From positions 1-52,146 of the forward strand of contig MGIR01000005.1 of NCBI GenBank assembly GCA_001793855.1: 52,146 bases of DNA. Direction: 5' to 3'. Numbering within the stretch: position 1 is the first letter of the stretch; each line of letters opens with the position of its first letter. Below, one piece after another: positions 1-8,513 of this stretch. The stretch is from Candidatus Wolfebacteria bacterium RIFCSPLOWO2_01_FULL_45_19 (GTDB taxonomy: Bacteria > Patescibacteriota > Minisyncoccia > UBA6257 > GWB1-45-9). Both the position numbers and the translations under genes were made by a program. Below the pieces are notes generated by a model. It worked only from the letters and a program-made list of their open reading frames with translations, was not told where the DNA came from and ran no database searches.

Positions 1-1626
1 CGGAACCGAGATGGTGGCTGATGAAACTTCGTTGCTTCCAGTGGAAAGACCCGCTTTGTCAAAGACGAAGAGTTTGTAGAAGAAGGTTGTGTTTGGGGTT
101 AAGTTGGCATCGGTGAAAGAAGTTTGGTTTTGATTGGTGATTGTGGAGATTGAAGTGTTGTTCGTGGTTACGTTTGGAGAAGTTGAGCGAAATATTCTGT
201 ACGAATCAAAATCGGGATTCTGGAAATCAAAGTCGGAAGGCAAAGACCATTCTAAAGTTATGCTGTTTGAGGTTGTGGTTGGCGCTTGAAGTTCTTGAAT
301 CGCTTTTGGCGGGAAAAACCATGCAGATGCTCGGTGTGAATTTAAACGACAGCCGGTATGAATGGCGGAGTTAAAATTGAAACAATCTTTGCCGAGGGGT
401 TTATCAAATTCGCCGGTGTTAATGGGGTCTGCAGAAGCAACAAGGATTTCCTTTATTTTTTCTGGGGTCAGCTGCAATCCCGAAGTGTATTTCTGATACT
501 CCGGTTCAAGAGCTTTGAGGATTGCGGCTACGCCGGTAACCATGGGGGCGGAAGCGGAGGTGCCTTCAAAAGCGGTTGAATAATTAAAGACCTCACTATC
601 AAAAGTTGGAAAATTGCCTTTTCCTTGAATTGCCGGTGCATAAACTTCAATGCCTGGGGCAGAAAGATCTGTGCCGACGCCAAAATTTGATGACTGTAAA
701 AATCTAAAAACTGCTCGTTCATCATTTAAATTGGTAGCGGCGACTATGATTGTATTATTTAAATTTATATTGGCCGGAACAGAACCACCAACATCAATGC
801 CTTCATTGCCGGCCGATATCACAAAAGTCTTATCCGGATGTGCTATAAATCCATCTTTATAATAATTCGTAGCATCGTCAAAATCTTCGCTCTTTATGCA
901 AAATATTATTAAGAATATGCAATCTGTATGGCTGAAACTCATGTTCACAATTGCATCAGGAGGCAATGTATCAAGGATATTGCCAAAAGTCGCAAAGTTT
1001 ATGAGTTTAGCGGTTCGCGATTCAAGGAAATATTGATTGGTAACTCCTGAAATAATGCCATTCATTTGCGGACTTCCCACGGGCAAAACTTGCGTTGCGG
1101 AAAGATTGTTGGCGCCGATAATTCCAGCTACCGCTGTGCCATGTCCGGCAGTTAAATCCGACCTGAATTCTTCAGCGCGATCCTCAAGTGCTTGAAATGC
1201 CGGCAGTCCAAGAATGCCTAAATTCACGCCTGCAAATTCGGGGTGGTTAGCATCAACGCCAGTATCAATAATACCGATGACTACTGCAGAAATATTTGCG
1301 GCCGCTTTGTTTACAAACTTCCAAGCATCAAAAATATTTATTTTATCATAAGCAACGGCCAGATCTGGAAAATTATTTTTTAAGCTTTCCAGATCAAATG
1401 CTGTAGTTTGGGCTTCTGCCTTATTTATAAAACTAACAGGGAGTGGCTTGTAGCGAGGGCAAAAATTAGTTGCATACCAGAACAAGGGATGTTCGAGTAT
1501 CGTATACGGCTTTATCCGAATGCTAGGGACAAGCTTGGGGCATGGCCTAAAAATTAGAATAGCTGACACAAACAGGATTATAATGATTAACAACGCTAAT
1601 AAGATCTTGAAAATTAATTTTTTCAT
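1..1626 (-). CDS. S8 (subtilisin-like) serine peptidase, N-terminally membrane anchored, Fn3-like C-terminal region; 3' end runs off the window
   Basis: Absent from the ORF track because it has no stop inside the window. My translation from ATG 1626 stays open to base 1 (542 codons). It starts MKKLIFKILLALLIIIILFV. Triad motifs occur in order: IIDTGVD (Asp), GHGTAVAG (His), SAGNEG (Asn), GTSASAPMVTG (Ser, about nt 535-567). Its ATG overlaps the stop of the upstream gene (ATGA). Confidence 0.85.
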   Translation of the reverse strand, partial: MKKLIFKILLALLIIIILFVSAILIFRPCPKLVPSIRIKPYTILEHPLFWYATNFCPRYKPLPVSFINKAEAQTTAFDLESLKNNFPDLAVAYDKINIFDAWKFVNKAAANISAVVIGIIDTGVDANHPEFAGVNLGILGLPAFQALEDRAEEFRSDLTAGHGTAVAGIIGANNLSATQVLPVGSPQMNGIISGVTNQYFLESRTAKLINFATFGNILDTLPPDAIVNMSFSHTDCIFLIIFCIKSEDFDDATNYYKDGFIAHPDKTFVISAGNEGIDVGGSVPANINLNNTIIVAATNLNDERAVFRFLQSSNFGVGTDLSAPGIEVYAPAIQGKGNFPTFDSEVFNYSTAFEGTSASAPMVTGVAAILKALEPEYQKYTSGLQLTPEKIKEILVASADPINTGEFDKPLGKDCFNFNSAIHTGCRLNSHRASAWFFPPKAIQELQAPTTTSNSITLEWSLPSDFDFQNPDFDSYRIFRSTSPNVTTNNTSISTITNQNQTSFTDANLTPNTTFFYKLFVFDKAGLSTGSNEVSSATISVP

Positions 1627-2831
1627 TTTGCTAAATTAAGAAGATAATTTCTAAATACTCCTTCAACCAAAGGATGACTTAATTGACGGACAAGCTGAAT
1701 CTTGGTTTCTAGTTCTTCCGGGGTGTCAGTAATAACCTCAATCTGATAGGCATTGACTGACTTAATAAAACCTATAATTCTGCCGTCAACTAAATTCGCA
1801 ATATTTTGAGCATCAAGAAGAGTAGCGACGTCAGTAAAGTTGACTATGATTTCATTAACAAGAAATCTGCTGTTGTCTTGGTCAATGATAACTTTCTTTG
1901 GATCGCTTTCTTTTACAAAAAGTTCTGCCCTGCTCAACACCGAACCCTTTCCAATCTTTATTTCTTTAGCTAAAATTTGTCCTCTGAAAGTAGTTTCGTC
2001 TCCCAAATTTACCTTTGCCTTCGGCGCAACAAGCTTGAAATTAAGGAAATTGTCTTTGCCGAAAACGACTGGTCTTCCTATTTTCCCGTCTTTGAGGTCT
2101 TTCCTTTCCTTCTCGTCCATCTCTGATTCAATTTCATCGTCGTCTTCCTTCTGTTGTTTTTCTTTTTTGGATTTAATGCCGATATAGTTTACGGCCAAAT
2201 CAGTCGGGTTTAGATTCTGACCCGGCAGAATTGATACGCGTTGCTGTCCTTTGAGTTTAAATTGGATGTTGAGAGTGATTGGAGCTTGGAATATGAGGGT
2301 AGAGTTTTCTTTGAGTTCCAGTTTGTTCAGGTTGTATGTTCCGCCGGTTAAGATGAGTTTGGAGTTTTTTTCAATGGTTATATTGCGGTAGTTTCCTGAT
2401 GGTAAGGTGTTGTTTTCTCCTTCAAACTTGAAGTCCTGAGTTCCGATGGTGAATTCCGGTATTTCCGGGAGATTGACTATCGGCAGTTGGATTGGTTTGG
2501 TTTGAGTACCGAGGATTTCCGATTCCTTTTTGATTTGAAGTTTATTAAACGAGGCGTTGCCGTTGATTGTCGTGTTTTTGTCTATGGATATTCTGTCGGC
2601 AAAGAGGTTGCCGTTTATTATCGCATCTTTTTCAATGTCTATTTTCTTATTTGAGCCGAGATCTCCGCTGGATATTTGAACTCCTTGTTCCAATTTGATT
2701 TCTTCTTGAGCAAAGAGAACGAAGTTGTCCGTATTCTGAAATAGCGGCTGACTGTTGAAATTAACAGCGGCCAGGACAATCCCGCCAAATGCAAGAACTG
2801 AAATTATATGATGCGGCCGTACAGTTGGCAT
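1623..2831 (-). CDS. Membrane-anchored extracytoplasmic protein: repetitive beta-helix-like middle, KE/D-rich linker, C-terminal domain resembling an S8 propeptide (inhibitor I9 / fervidolysin prodomain-like)
   Basis: 402-aa ORF with N-terminal TM HHIISVLAFGGIVLAAVNF. The C-terminus IIVNFTDVATLLDAQNIANLVDGRIIGFIKSVNAYQIEVITDTPEELETKIQLVRQLSHPLVEGVFRNYLL has the pattern of protease prodomains. It is ATGA-coupled to the S8 gene. Confidence 0.6.
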   Translation of the reverse strand: MPTVRPHHIISVLAFGGIVLAAVNFNSQPLFQNTDNFVLFAQEEIKLEQGVQISSGDLGSNKKIDIEKDAIINGNLFADRISIDKNTTINGNASFNKLQIKKESEILGTQTKPIQLPIVNLPEIPEFTIGTQDFKFEGENNTLPSGNYRNITIEKNSKLILTGGTYNLNKLELKENSTLIFQAPITLNIQFKLKGQQRVSILPGQNLNPTDLAVNYIGIKSKKEKQQKEDDDEIESEMDEKERKDLKDGKIGRPVVFGKDNFLNFKLVAPKAKVNLGDETTFRGQILAKEIKIGKGSVLSRAELFVKESDPKKVIIDQDNSRFLVNEIIVNFTDVATLLDAQNIANLVDGRIIGFIKSVNAYQIEVITDTPEELETKIQLVRQLSHPLVEGVFRNYLLNLAK

Positions 2832-2838
2832 GTTTTTA

Positions 2839-2900
2839 TTATATCACAGCCGATGAAACCTCATTGCTCTCGGCTGAAAGGCCGGCTTTGTCAAAGACAA
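2839..2900 (-). pseudogene. Relic of an Fn3-domain coding segment, paralogous to nt 18-66 of the S8 gene
   Basis: The minus strand reads FVFDKAGLSAESNEVSSAVI-stop. The S8 gene at nt 18-66 encodes FVFDKAGLSTGSNEVSSA. By hand alignment about 39/49 nt are identical. No start codon is present, and the fragment is out of frame with the upstream gene that stops at 2904. Confidence 0.6.
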
Positions 2901-2903
2901 AAA

Positions 2904-4145
2904 TTAAAACCTAATCACCCCTTTCTCAAAATTATCTATCAGCATTTTTTCCATTTTTTCTTCTCCGCCCGCGTATGCCGCAAAAATTTTTGTCCACATC
3001 GCTTCGCGTTGATGATAGGTGAAATTTTTTTCTTTTCCCTCCATAACCGAAACAAGAGCCATAGCATTGTCTTCCAAATCAAAGCTTACAAGGTCCTCTG
3101 CGAATTCAGAAGGAAACAATCCACCAACCCAATCCAATCCGCCCCAAATTTCCAAATCGCAGCACTCGGTATCTCTAAAATAATTCGCGAGGTCGCGTTC
3201 GCCTCTGGCCCAATGAAGAGATTCAGGATTTACTCTCGGCATTCGCAAACGCGGGTCATCGGGATTTTCTTTCCAAAGATAACGCTGAACAATTAGCCAC
3301 TCGCCTTCTTTAATCTCTTTCACTTCATTGACATCGCCGCGTAAAAGCGACTTGAAGCGCTCCGAAAAGTTCTTGGAAGAAAAGTTTTTATGAAACAATT
3401 TGGAATAAAATATAATCTCGTGGAAATAATGGAGCAGTAACGCGAAATCACGCAAAAGTTTTCCGGGAATGTCTTGCATGACCGGATTCAGAAAAATCAC
3501 GCCGAACTCTTTAAGATGGCTGACGTTGTGATGTTTTTTCGCGACAAATTTCAGAGAAATGTCGTGCCATTTCGGACCAAGCACGCGAAGTTCAATTTCC
3601 CGCTCTTCAAAGTCGTCTGGCGTAAAATTACCATAAACCTCGTCAAAGGTTTTGTGCATCCACTCATCGCTTTCAATAAATCTTAAAGCGCTGAAACATT
3701 CAGTAAGGTCCTCGCGTAAAACGAGCTCTTCAACGTTATTATAACCGAGGTACTTCAGCAAATTGGGCGGCGGCCGCTTCAATAAAATGTCCTTTATAAG
3801 TTCTTTTCTTAAAAAATGGCCGTGGTTGGTTTTTACCATTTTAAGAGCCACCATCGCCATTCTGCCAAAAACATCGTGGTCGGGCACTTTATTTATATGC
3901 GTTTCAAGCAAACGCTCGTGTTTAACCACCGTTCGCCGCAAAACTCCGCGGGCATAATCCGCCCCGGATTTGTCGCCGTTAAGTTTTTTTAAAACGGCTT
4001 CAATGGTTTTGGCATTTTCTTCAAACACCGCTTCCAAAATTCCGGTCTTACCCGTTGACGCAGCTATATGCTTGTCCAAAGATACGAGAACATTTTCATT
4101 AACGCCGAGAATATTCGCAAGTTGTTTTATAGAAAAAATGGGCAT
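2904..4145 (-). CDS. Hypothetical cytoplasmic protein (413 aa), family not recognised
   Basis: Long uninterrupted ORF with no TM segments, packed between the PfkB kinase gene and the protease module. I recognise no motif. Confidence 0.6.
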   Translation of the reverse strand: MPIFSIKQLANILGVNENVLVSLDKHIAASTGKTGILEAVFEENAKTIEAVLKKLNGDKSGADYARGVLRRTVVKHERLLETHINKVPDHDVFGRMAMVALKMVKTNHGHFLRKELIKDILLKRPPPNLLKYLGYNNVEELVLREDLTECFSALRFIESDEWMHKTFDEVYGNFTPDDFEEREIELRVLGPKWHDISLKFVAKKHHNVSHLKEFGVIFLNPVMQDIPGKLLRDFALLLHYFHEIIFYSKLFHKNFSSKNFSERFKSLLRGDVNEVKEIKEGEWLIVQRYLWKENPDDPRLRMPRVNPESLHWARGERDLANYFRDTECCDLEIWGGLDWVGGLFPSEFAEDLVSFDLEDNAMALVSVMEGKEKNFTYHQREAMWTKIFAAYAGGEEKMEKMLIDNFEKGVIRF

Positions 4146-4203
4146 TTTTTGTGTAACCTAAGAACTCAAAAACCCAAGAACTTATGAACCGTTCTTACGT
4201 TCT

Positions 4204-5250
4204 TTAGTTTAACTCAATCACCTTAATCGGTAAACGCGCCCAGCGCGCTGCAGAAAAATCACGCTTGGATAAAATTCCTTCCGTCGCTCCGATACGCTCA
4301 ACAACGGAAGTCGCGTTGGCGGATGCAAAGCGAATGGCGTATTTCACCGCCTCTGGCGGTAAATTTTGAATTTTGAATTTTGAATTTTGAATTTGTTGAA
4401 TAAGGCCCACTACGAATCCGGAGCCGAAAGCATCTCCGGCGCCGGTGCGATCAAGAATTTTTTTATTTTTGAAAATTCCAGCTTTGTAAATATTTTTTCC
4501 GTCAGACGCGAAAACGCCGCGCGGCCCGTCCGTCATTATTGCGATTCCGCGCGTAAGCTCGTCAAATTTTTGAAAAATCCCGCGCTCATTTTTATAGTCA
4601 ATGCCGGTAAGATAGGCGGCTTCTTCCCGGTTTACAAGCACAACGTCAAGCTTATTTAAAAGCGCCTTCATTTTTGCCGCTCCGGCTTTAAGATAATTTT
4701 TTGACGGATTCATCGCGATTTTCGTGCCGTCGTTCTTAAATCGCGTTATGATTCTTTGAATCGCCGCGATTGGTATTCCTCCGGGACTGACGTAAATCCA
4801 TTTGGTCTTTATTTTCCCGAAAACCGGCTCTCTGCCGTTTATTCTCCGCGAAGCGCCGCGATAGTGAAGGATAGTTCGTTCTCCGCCAGATGAAATAAGA
4901 ATAACCGAATAACCGGTCATATCTTTCTCGTCATAAACCGGCAAAGTGGCTATCTTTTCGTCTTTAAGCTCTTTGAGCGCGGCTTCTCCATTTGAATCAA
5001 TGCCTATACCAACGACAGCTCCGGCCCTCAAGCCTTGACGCGCGAAAGTTACCGCCGCGTTTGCCGCTCCGCCGCCGACAGTTAAAATGGGCTGTTCAAC
5101 CTCAATCTTCGCGCCAAGAGCAAAGCATTGGGCCTCGCCCATCGGCATACCGGCGCGCTTCAAGTGCTCGGGGTCTTTTAAAACCTTAAAAAGCGGGCTC
5201 GCCAAAAAAACATCCAGAGTCGCCGTGCCGATTGTAATGATGTCGTACAT
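4204..5250 (-). CDS. PfkB-family carbohydrate kinase (ribokinase-like)
   Basis: 348 aa. The C-terminal signature DRTGAGDAFGSGFV and an N-terminal GGGAANAA sugar-binding region are typical of the ribokinase/PfkB family. Confidence 0.85.
   Translation of the reverse strand: MYDIITIGTATLDVFLASPLFKVLKDPEHLKRAGMPMGEAQCFALGAKIEVEQPILTVGGGAANAAVTFARQGLRAGAVVGIGIDSNGEAALKELKDEKIATLPVYDEKDMTGYSVILISSGGERTILHYRGASRRINGREPVFGKIKTKWIYVSPGGIPIAAIQRIITRFKNDGTKIAMNPSKNYLKAGAAKMKALLNKLDVVLVNREEAAYLTGIDYKNERGIFQKFDELTRGIAIMTDGPRGVFASDGKNIYKAGIFKNKKILDRTGAGDAFGSGFVVGLIQQIQNSKFKIQNLPPEAVKYAIRFASANATSVVERIGATEGILSKRDFSAARWARLPIKVIELN
4364..4391. repeat. Tandem heptamer TTTTGAA x4 (plus a degenerate fifth unit) inside the PfkB CDS
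   Basis: Direct reading: ttttgaa ttttgaa ttttgaa ttttgaa tttgttgaa. It encodes QQIQNSKFKIQN just after the GAGDAF motif. Confidence 0.9.
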
Positions 5251-5252
5251 TT

Positions 5253-5287
5253 TAGATTTATGATTTAAGATTTAGGATTTAAGATTC
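5253..5287. repeat. Tandem heptamer array (tagattt atgattt aagattt aggattt aagattc) abutting the PfkB start codon
   Basis: Direct reading of five 7-nt units of the form ARGATTY. It is the same word family as the array inside rpe. Confidence 0.9.
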
Positions 5288-5308
5288 TTACTTCTTGCTT
5301 CTTAAATC

Positions 5309-6304
5309 TTATTTCCGCTTTATTGCTTTTTTCACGGCTCTAATAACATCCTTAACTCCCATACCATATTCGTCAATAAGTTCTTTCCCCGGACCGGATT
5401 CGCCAAAAACGCCCTGCATTCCGACAAATTCCATCGGAGTCGGCGCGTTTTTAGACAAAAATTCCGCGACCGCGCCCCCAAGCCCGCCGCTAATTTGATG
5501 CTCCTCAACGGTTACGACAGCGCCGCATTTTTTGGCGTATTCAAGAATTGTTTTTTCATCCAGTGGTTTTATCGTGTGGTTATTAATAACTGCGACATCA
5601 ATGCCATCCTCCTCAAGTTCTTTAGCCGCGAGTAGAGCATTATACATAAGAAGACCGCATCCGATTATAACCGCCTTTGGTTTCTTTTTACTCTCCCAAA
5701 AAACCTCCGCCTTTCCGGGCGTATATGGCGTGGCTTCAGTTGTAAGCACAGACGACTTTTCACGCGCGAAACGTATGTAAATCGGCCCCCAAATTTTCGC
5801 GGCGGCGATGGTAGCTTTTTTTGCCTCAATGGCGTCGCAGGGTACAAATACTTTCATATTCGCGAGCACTCGCATAGTAGCTATGTCTTCAACGGCTTGG
5901 TGCGTCGCTCCATCGGGACCGGTTACAAGACCGGCGTGATGTCCGGCTATTTTCACATTGGAATCGTTGTAAGAAATTGTGGTGCGTATCTGCTCCCAGT
6001 TTCTTCCCGGAGAAAAAGTCGCGTAAGAAGAAATAAACGGAATTTTTCCCGAAACGCCGAGGCCGGCCGCGATGGCGGCCATATTCTGTTCGGCTACGCC
6101 GATTTCAAAAAATCTTTCCGGAAATTTTTTGGCAAAGTCCTCGGAGCGCGTGGATTCGGATAGGTCGGCGCAAAGAACAACAACATTTGGGTTTTCCTCT
6201 CCGGCCGAAACGAGACCCGGTCCGTAACCGTCGCGAATTGCTTTCTGCTCAACGTCTTTGTCAAACAGTTTAGAATTTAACTTTGCGCGAGAATTAACAG
6301 GCAT
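5309..6304 (-). CDS. Transketolase, C-terminal (pyrimidine-binding plus C-terminal domain) subunit
   Basis: 331 aa. FFEIGVAEQNMAAIAAGL and HHAGLVTGPDGATHQAVEDIATMR are classic transketolase Pyr-domain motifs. Confidence 0.9.
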   Translation of the reverse strand: MPVNSRAKLNSKLFDKDVEQKAIRDGYGPGLVSAGEENPNVVVLCADLSESTRSEDFAKKFPERFFEIGVAEQNMAAIAAGLGVSGKIPFISSYATFSPGRNWEQIRTTISYNDSNVKIAGHHAGLVTGPDGATHQAVEDIATMRVLANMKVFVPCDAIEAKKATIAAAKIWGPIYIRFAREKSSVLTTEATPYTPGKAEVFWESKKKPKAVIIGCGLLMYNALLAAKELEEDGIDVAVINNHTIKPLDEKTILEYAKKCGAVVTVEEHQISGGLGGAVAEFLSKNAPTPMEFVGMQGVFGESGPGKELIDEYGMGVKDVIRAVKKAIKRK

Positions 6305-6307
6305 ACT

Positions 6308-6673
6308 CTATGACGGAGGAAATAAAAAGGTTACCAGCCAAAAAAGCACAAGGTATGTAATCAGGAAAGTAAAACCAAGCGTTCCAACAAAAAGGCGGTG
6401 CCGAGTTATATCTGCAATAGTAATTTTTCTGACTCCTTGTTTTTTGAAATAAATAAACACGGTCGTAAAAGCGAGCAATAATCCTAAAATTACAAATTGC
6501 CAGCGGTATTCATGAAAAAGAATATTCTGAAACGCGATCGCGGTTGAAAAAGACGCCAAGCCGAGAATAAAAAGCATCCACGGAGTAAAGTAAAAGCCTA
6601 AAGACACAAGACCGTAAACAATGCCCCAGAAAACTCCCCACTTGTTTATTTTTTCGCGCAATGCCTCAAGCAT
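6308..6673 (-). CDS. Small multi-pass membrane protein (121 aa)
   Basis: Four hydrophobic segments. The gene is tightly packed, with 1-3 nt gaps on both sides. Confidence 0.6.
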   Translation of the reverse strand: MLEALREKINKWGVFWGIVYGLVSLGFYFTPWMLFILGLASFSTAIAFQNILFHEYRWQFVILGLLLAFTTVFIYFKKQGVRKITIADITRHRLFVGTLGFTFLITYLVLFWLVTFLFPPS

Positions 6674-6674
6674 G

Positions 6675-7619
6675 TTAAAACGGACGCTTCGGATAAAGTT
6701 CCGGGTCTATAGTCCGACTAAAACAAACTTCCCCGGAATTATGCTCCCAATTTTCTCCAAAACCGCCGAAAGGATATGCCGGTTCAAAATATGGCTTGGA
6801 CGCAATTTTCGCACCACCGCTAGAGGGGAGATTAAAACTGGCGCATAATTCAAAAGACAATTCGCCAACGGCGCGATAAACATATTCTTCTCGCATCTGC
6901 GAATCGAGCGGCGGAACGTAGCCGGAAATACTATCACGCAAATCGTCCAACGATTGCGGCAAACTGCCTTTCTGCGTCCAATAATTTACTACAGACATCT
7001 GAATTGATTGCAGGTCTGAAACTTTTTGCTGGTCAAAACGAACCAATCTTTGGGTAAACGGCGAACCGGCGACAAAAAAGCCGGCAACGACAGTAATCGC
7101 GACAACCGCGCAAGCCGCCCATACGAATGCTCTCACTCTGAAAGAGAATTCTCCAGCGGCTCTTCGCAGGTCATAAAGATAGTAGGCGAAAATCGCGGAA
7201 GCAACCGCGAAAACAGAAAGAATTTTCAGAAAGAAACGAACAGTCAGTTCTCCTTGCAAAAAATTGTATACGAGAGCGATCAAATCGCCTATCACCAAAA
7301 CCCCGGCGGCGAAAAGGGTAAAATAAAGAAGCCACTTTCTAACGCGAATCTCGCCTTTCTCCGGATTTTTCGCGCGATCTTTATACAAAGACCTTGAAGC
7401 CCATAAAAATACGGGGAATATTATTATAAGGGAAGCCAATGCCCATCTTATTGCTCCGCCGGCATCATAGTATAGATTGAGCGGGTCCGGAAAATAAACG
7501 TTAATATACTGAAAAAACAACGTCAGTAAACTAAACGCGCCGACATAAAGGGCAATAATCGCCAAAAGATGCATAAAAACGTCTTTCGGCGTGCTTTCTA
7601 TGTTTTGATTTGTTTCCAT
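6675..7619 (-). CDS. Multi-pass membrane protein with extracytoplasmic C-terminal domain (possibly DUF5671-like)
   Basis: 314 aa with about 6 TM segments in the first 200 aa. The family assignment is from memory only. Confidence 0.55.
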   Translation of the reverse strand: METNQNIESTPKDVFMHLLAIIALYVGAFSLLTLFFQYINVYFPDPLNLYYDAGGAIRWALASLIIIFPVFLWASRSLYKDRAKNPEKGEIRVRKWLLYFTLFAAGVLVIGDLIALVYNFLQGELTVRFFLKILSVFAVASAIFAYYLYDLRRAAGEFSFRVRAFVWAACAVVAITVVAGFFVAGSPFTQRLVRFDQQKVSDLQSIQMSVVNYWTQKGSLPQSLDDLRDSISGYVPPLDSQMREEYVYRAVGELSFELCASFNLPSSGGAKIASKPYFEPAYPFGGFGENWEHNSGEVCFSRTIDPELYPKRPF

Positions 7620-7623
7620 ATCC

Positions 7624-7651
7624 TAAATTCTAAATTCTAGATTCTAGATTC
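7624..7651. repeat. Tandem heptamer array (taaattc taaattc tagattc tagattc) between the transketolase-N stop and the next start codon
   Basis: Direct reading. The last unit overlaps the TGA stop at 7650-7652. Confidence 0.9.
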
Positions 7652-8513
7652 AATGGTGCTCTCTTTTCATCCTATCATAATTCGCGGCTAATTCCATAAG
7701 CGCGGCTTCGGCCTCGTCCGAATTTGGCGGCTTGCCGTGCCATTCAAACTTATTCTCCATAAAACTGACCCCCTTCCCGGGTATAGTATGGGCGATAATT
7801 ACCGTCGGTTTTTCGTAAATTGCGTGAGCTTCGTTAACCGCGTCAACAAAATGATGAATATTGTGCCCGTCAATCTCAATAACATGCCAATTGAACGCTT
7901 CGTATTTGTCCCTCAGCGGTTCAAGCGGCATTATGTTTTCGGTAAATCCGTCTATCTGGATGTTATTGCGGTCAATGACGCCGATAAGGTTATTCAGTTT
8001 GTTCTTGCCCGCGAACATCGCCGCCTCCCAAATGTTACCGCACTGCTGTTCGCCGTCAGACATCAAGCAATAAATTTTGCAACGCTTCTTGTCTAATTTC
8101 ACCGCCAAAGCCATACCGACAGCCTGCGACAAACCCGAACCGAGCGGACCGGAAGTCGTTTCCATTCCCGGTAAAGTGGCGCGGTGCGGATGTCCCTGCA
8201 GACGAGAATGAATTTTGCGGAGAGTTTTCAGTTCTTCCAGCGAAAAATATCCTGCGTGGGCCATAGCCGCGTAACGCACGGGACAAATGTGGCCGTTTGA
8301 TAAAACCAAGCGGTCGCGCTCGGGCCAATCCGGCTTCTTGGGGTCGTGCTTCAAAACGTGAAAATAAAGCGCGGTAAAAATATCGGCCATTCCCAGCGGT
8401 CCGGCCGAATGCCCGGACTCTGCTTCAACCAACATAGAAATAATGTCTTGGCGAATACGATTCGCCATCTCTTCGAGGAACTTTAGTTTTTTGTCGTGTA
8501 AACTCTCCAGCAT
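7650..8513 (-). CDS. Transketolase, N-terminal (thiamine-diphosphate-binding) subunit
   Basis: 287 aa. GHSAGPLGMADI, SNGH and GDGEQQCGNIWEA (the GDG-x-N TPP motif) are present. Confidence 0.9.
   Translation of the reverse strand: MLESLHDKKLKFLEEMANRIRQDIISMLVEAESGHSAGPLGMADIFTALYFHVLKHDPKKPDWPERDRLVLSNGHICPVRYAAMAHAGYFSLEELKTLRKIHSRLQGHPHRATLPGMETTSGPLGSGLSQAVGMALAVKLDKKRCKIYCLMSDGEQQCGNIWEAAMFAGKNKLNNLIGVIDRNNIQIDGFTENIMPLEPLRDKYEAFNWHVIEIDGHNIHHFVDAVNEAHAIYEKPTVIIAHTIPGKGVSFMENKFEWHGKPPNSDEAEAALMELAANYDRMKREHH

Noticed and set aside
1-1626. No ORF is listed for this 1.6-kb stretch apart from short plus-strand ORFs (141-862) and a 65-aa minus ORF. This suggested a pseudogene, non-coding DNA or an alternative genetic code.
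   Set aside because: Hand translation of the minus strand from ATG 1626 gives an uninterrupted S8 protease reading frame that simply lacks a stop inside the window. TGA clearly acts as a stop elsewhere (the ATGA overlaps), so the standard code fits. The short listed ORFs are frame shadows.
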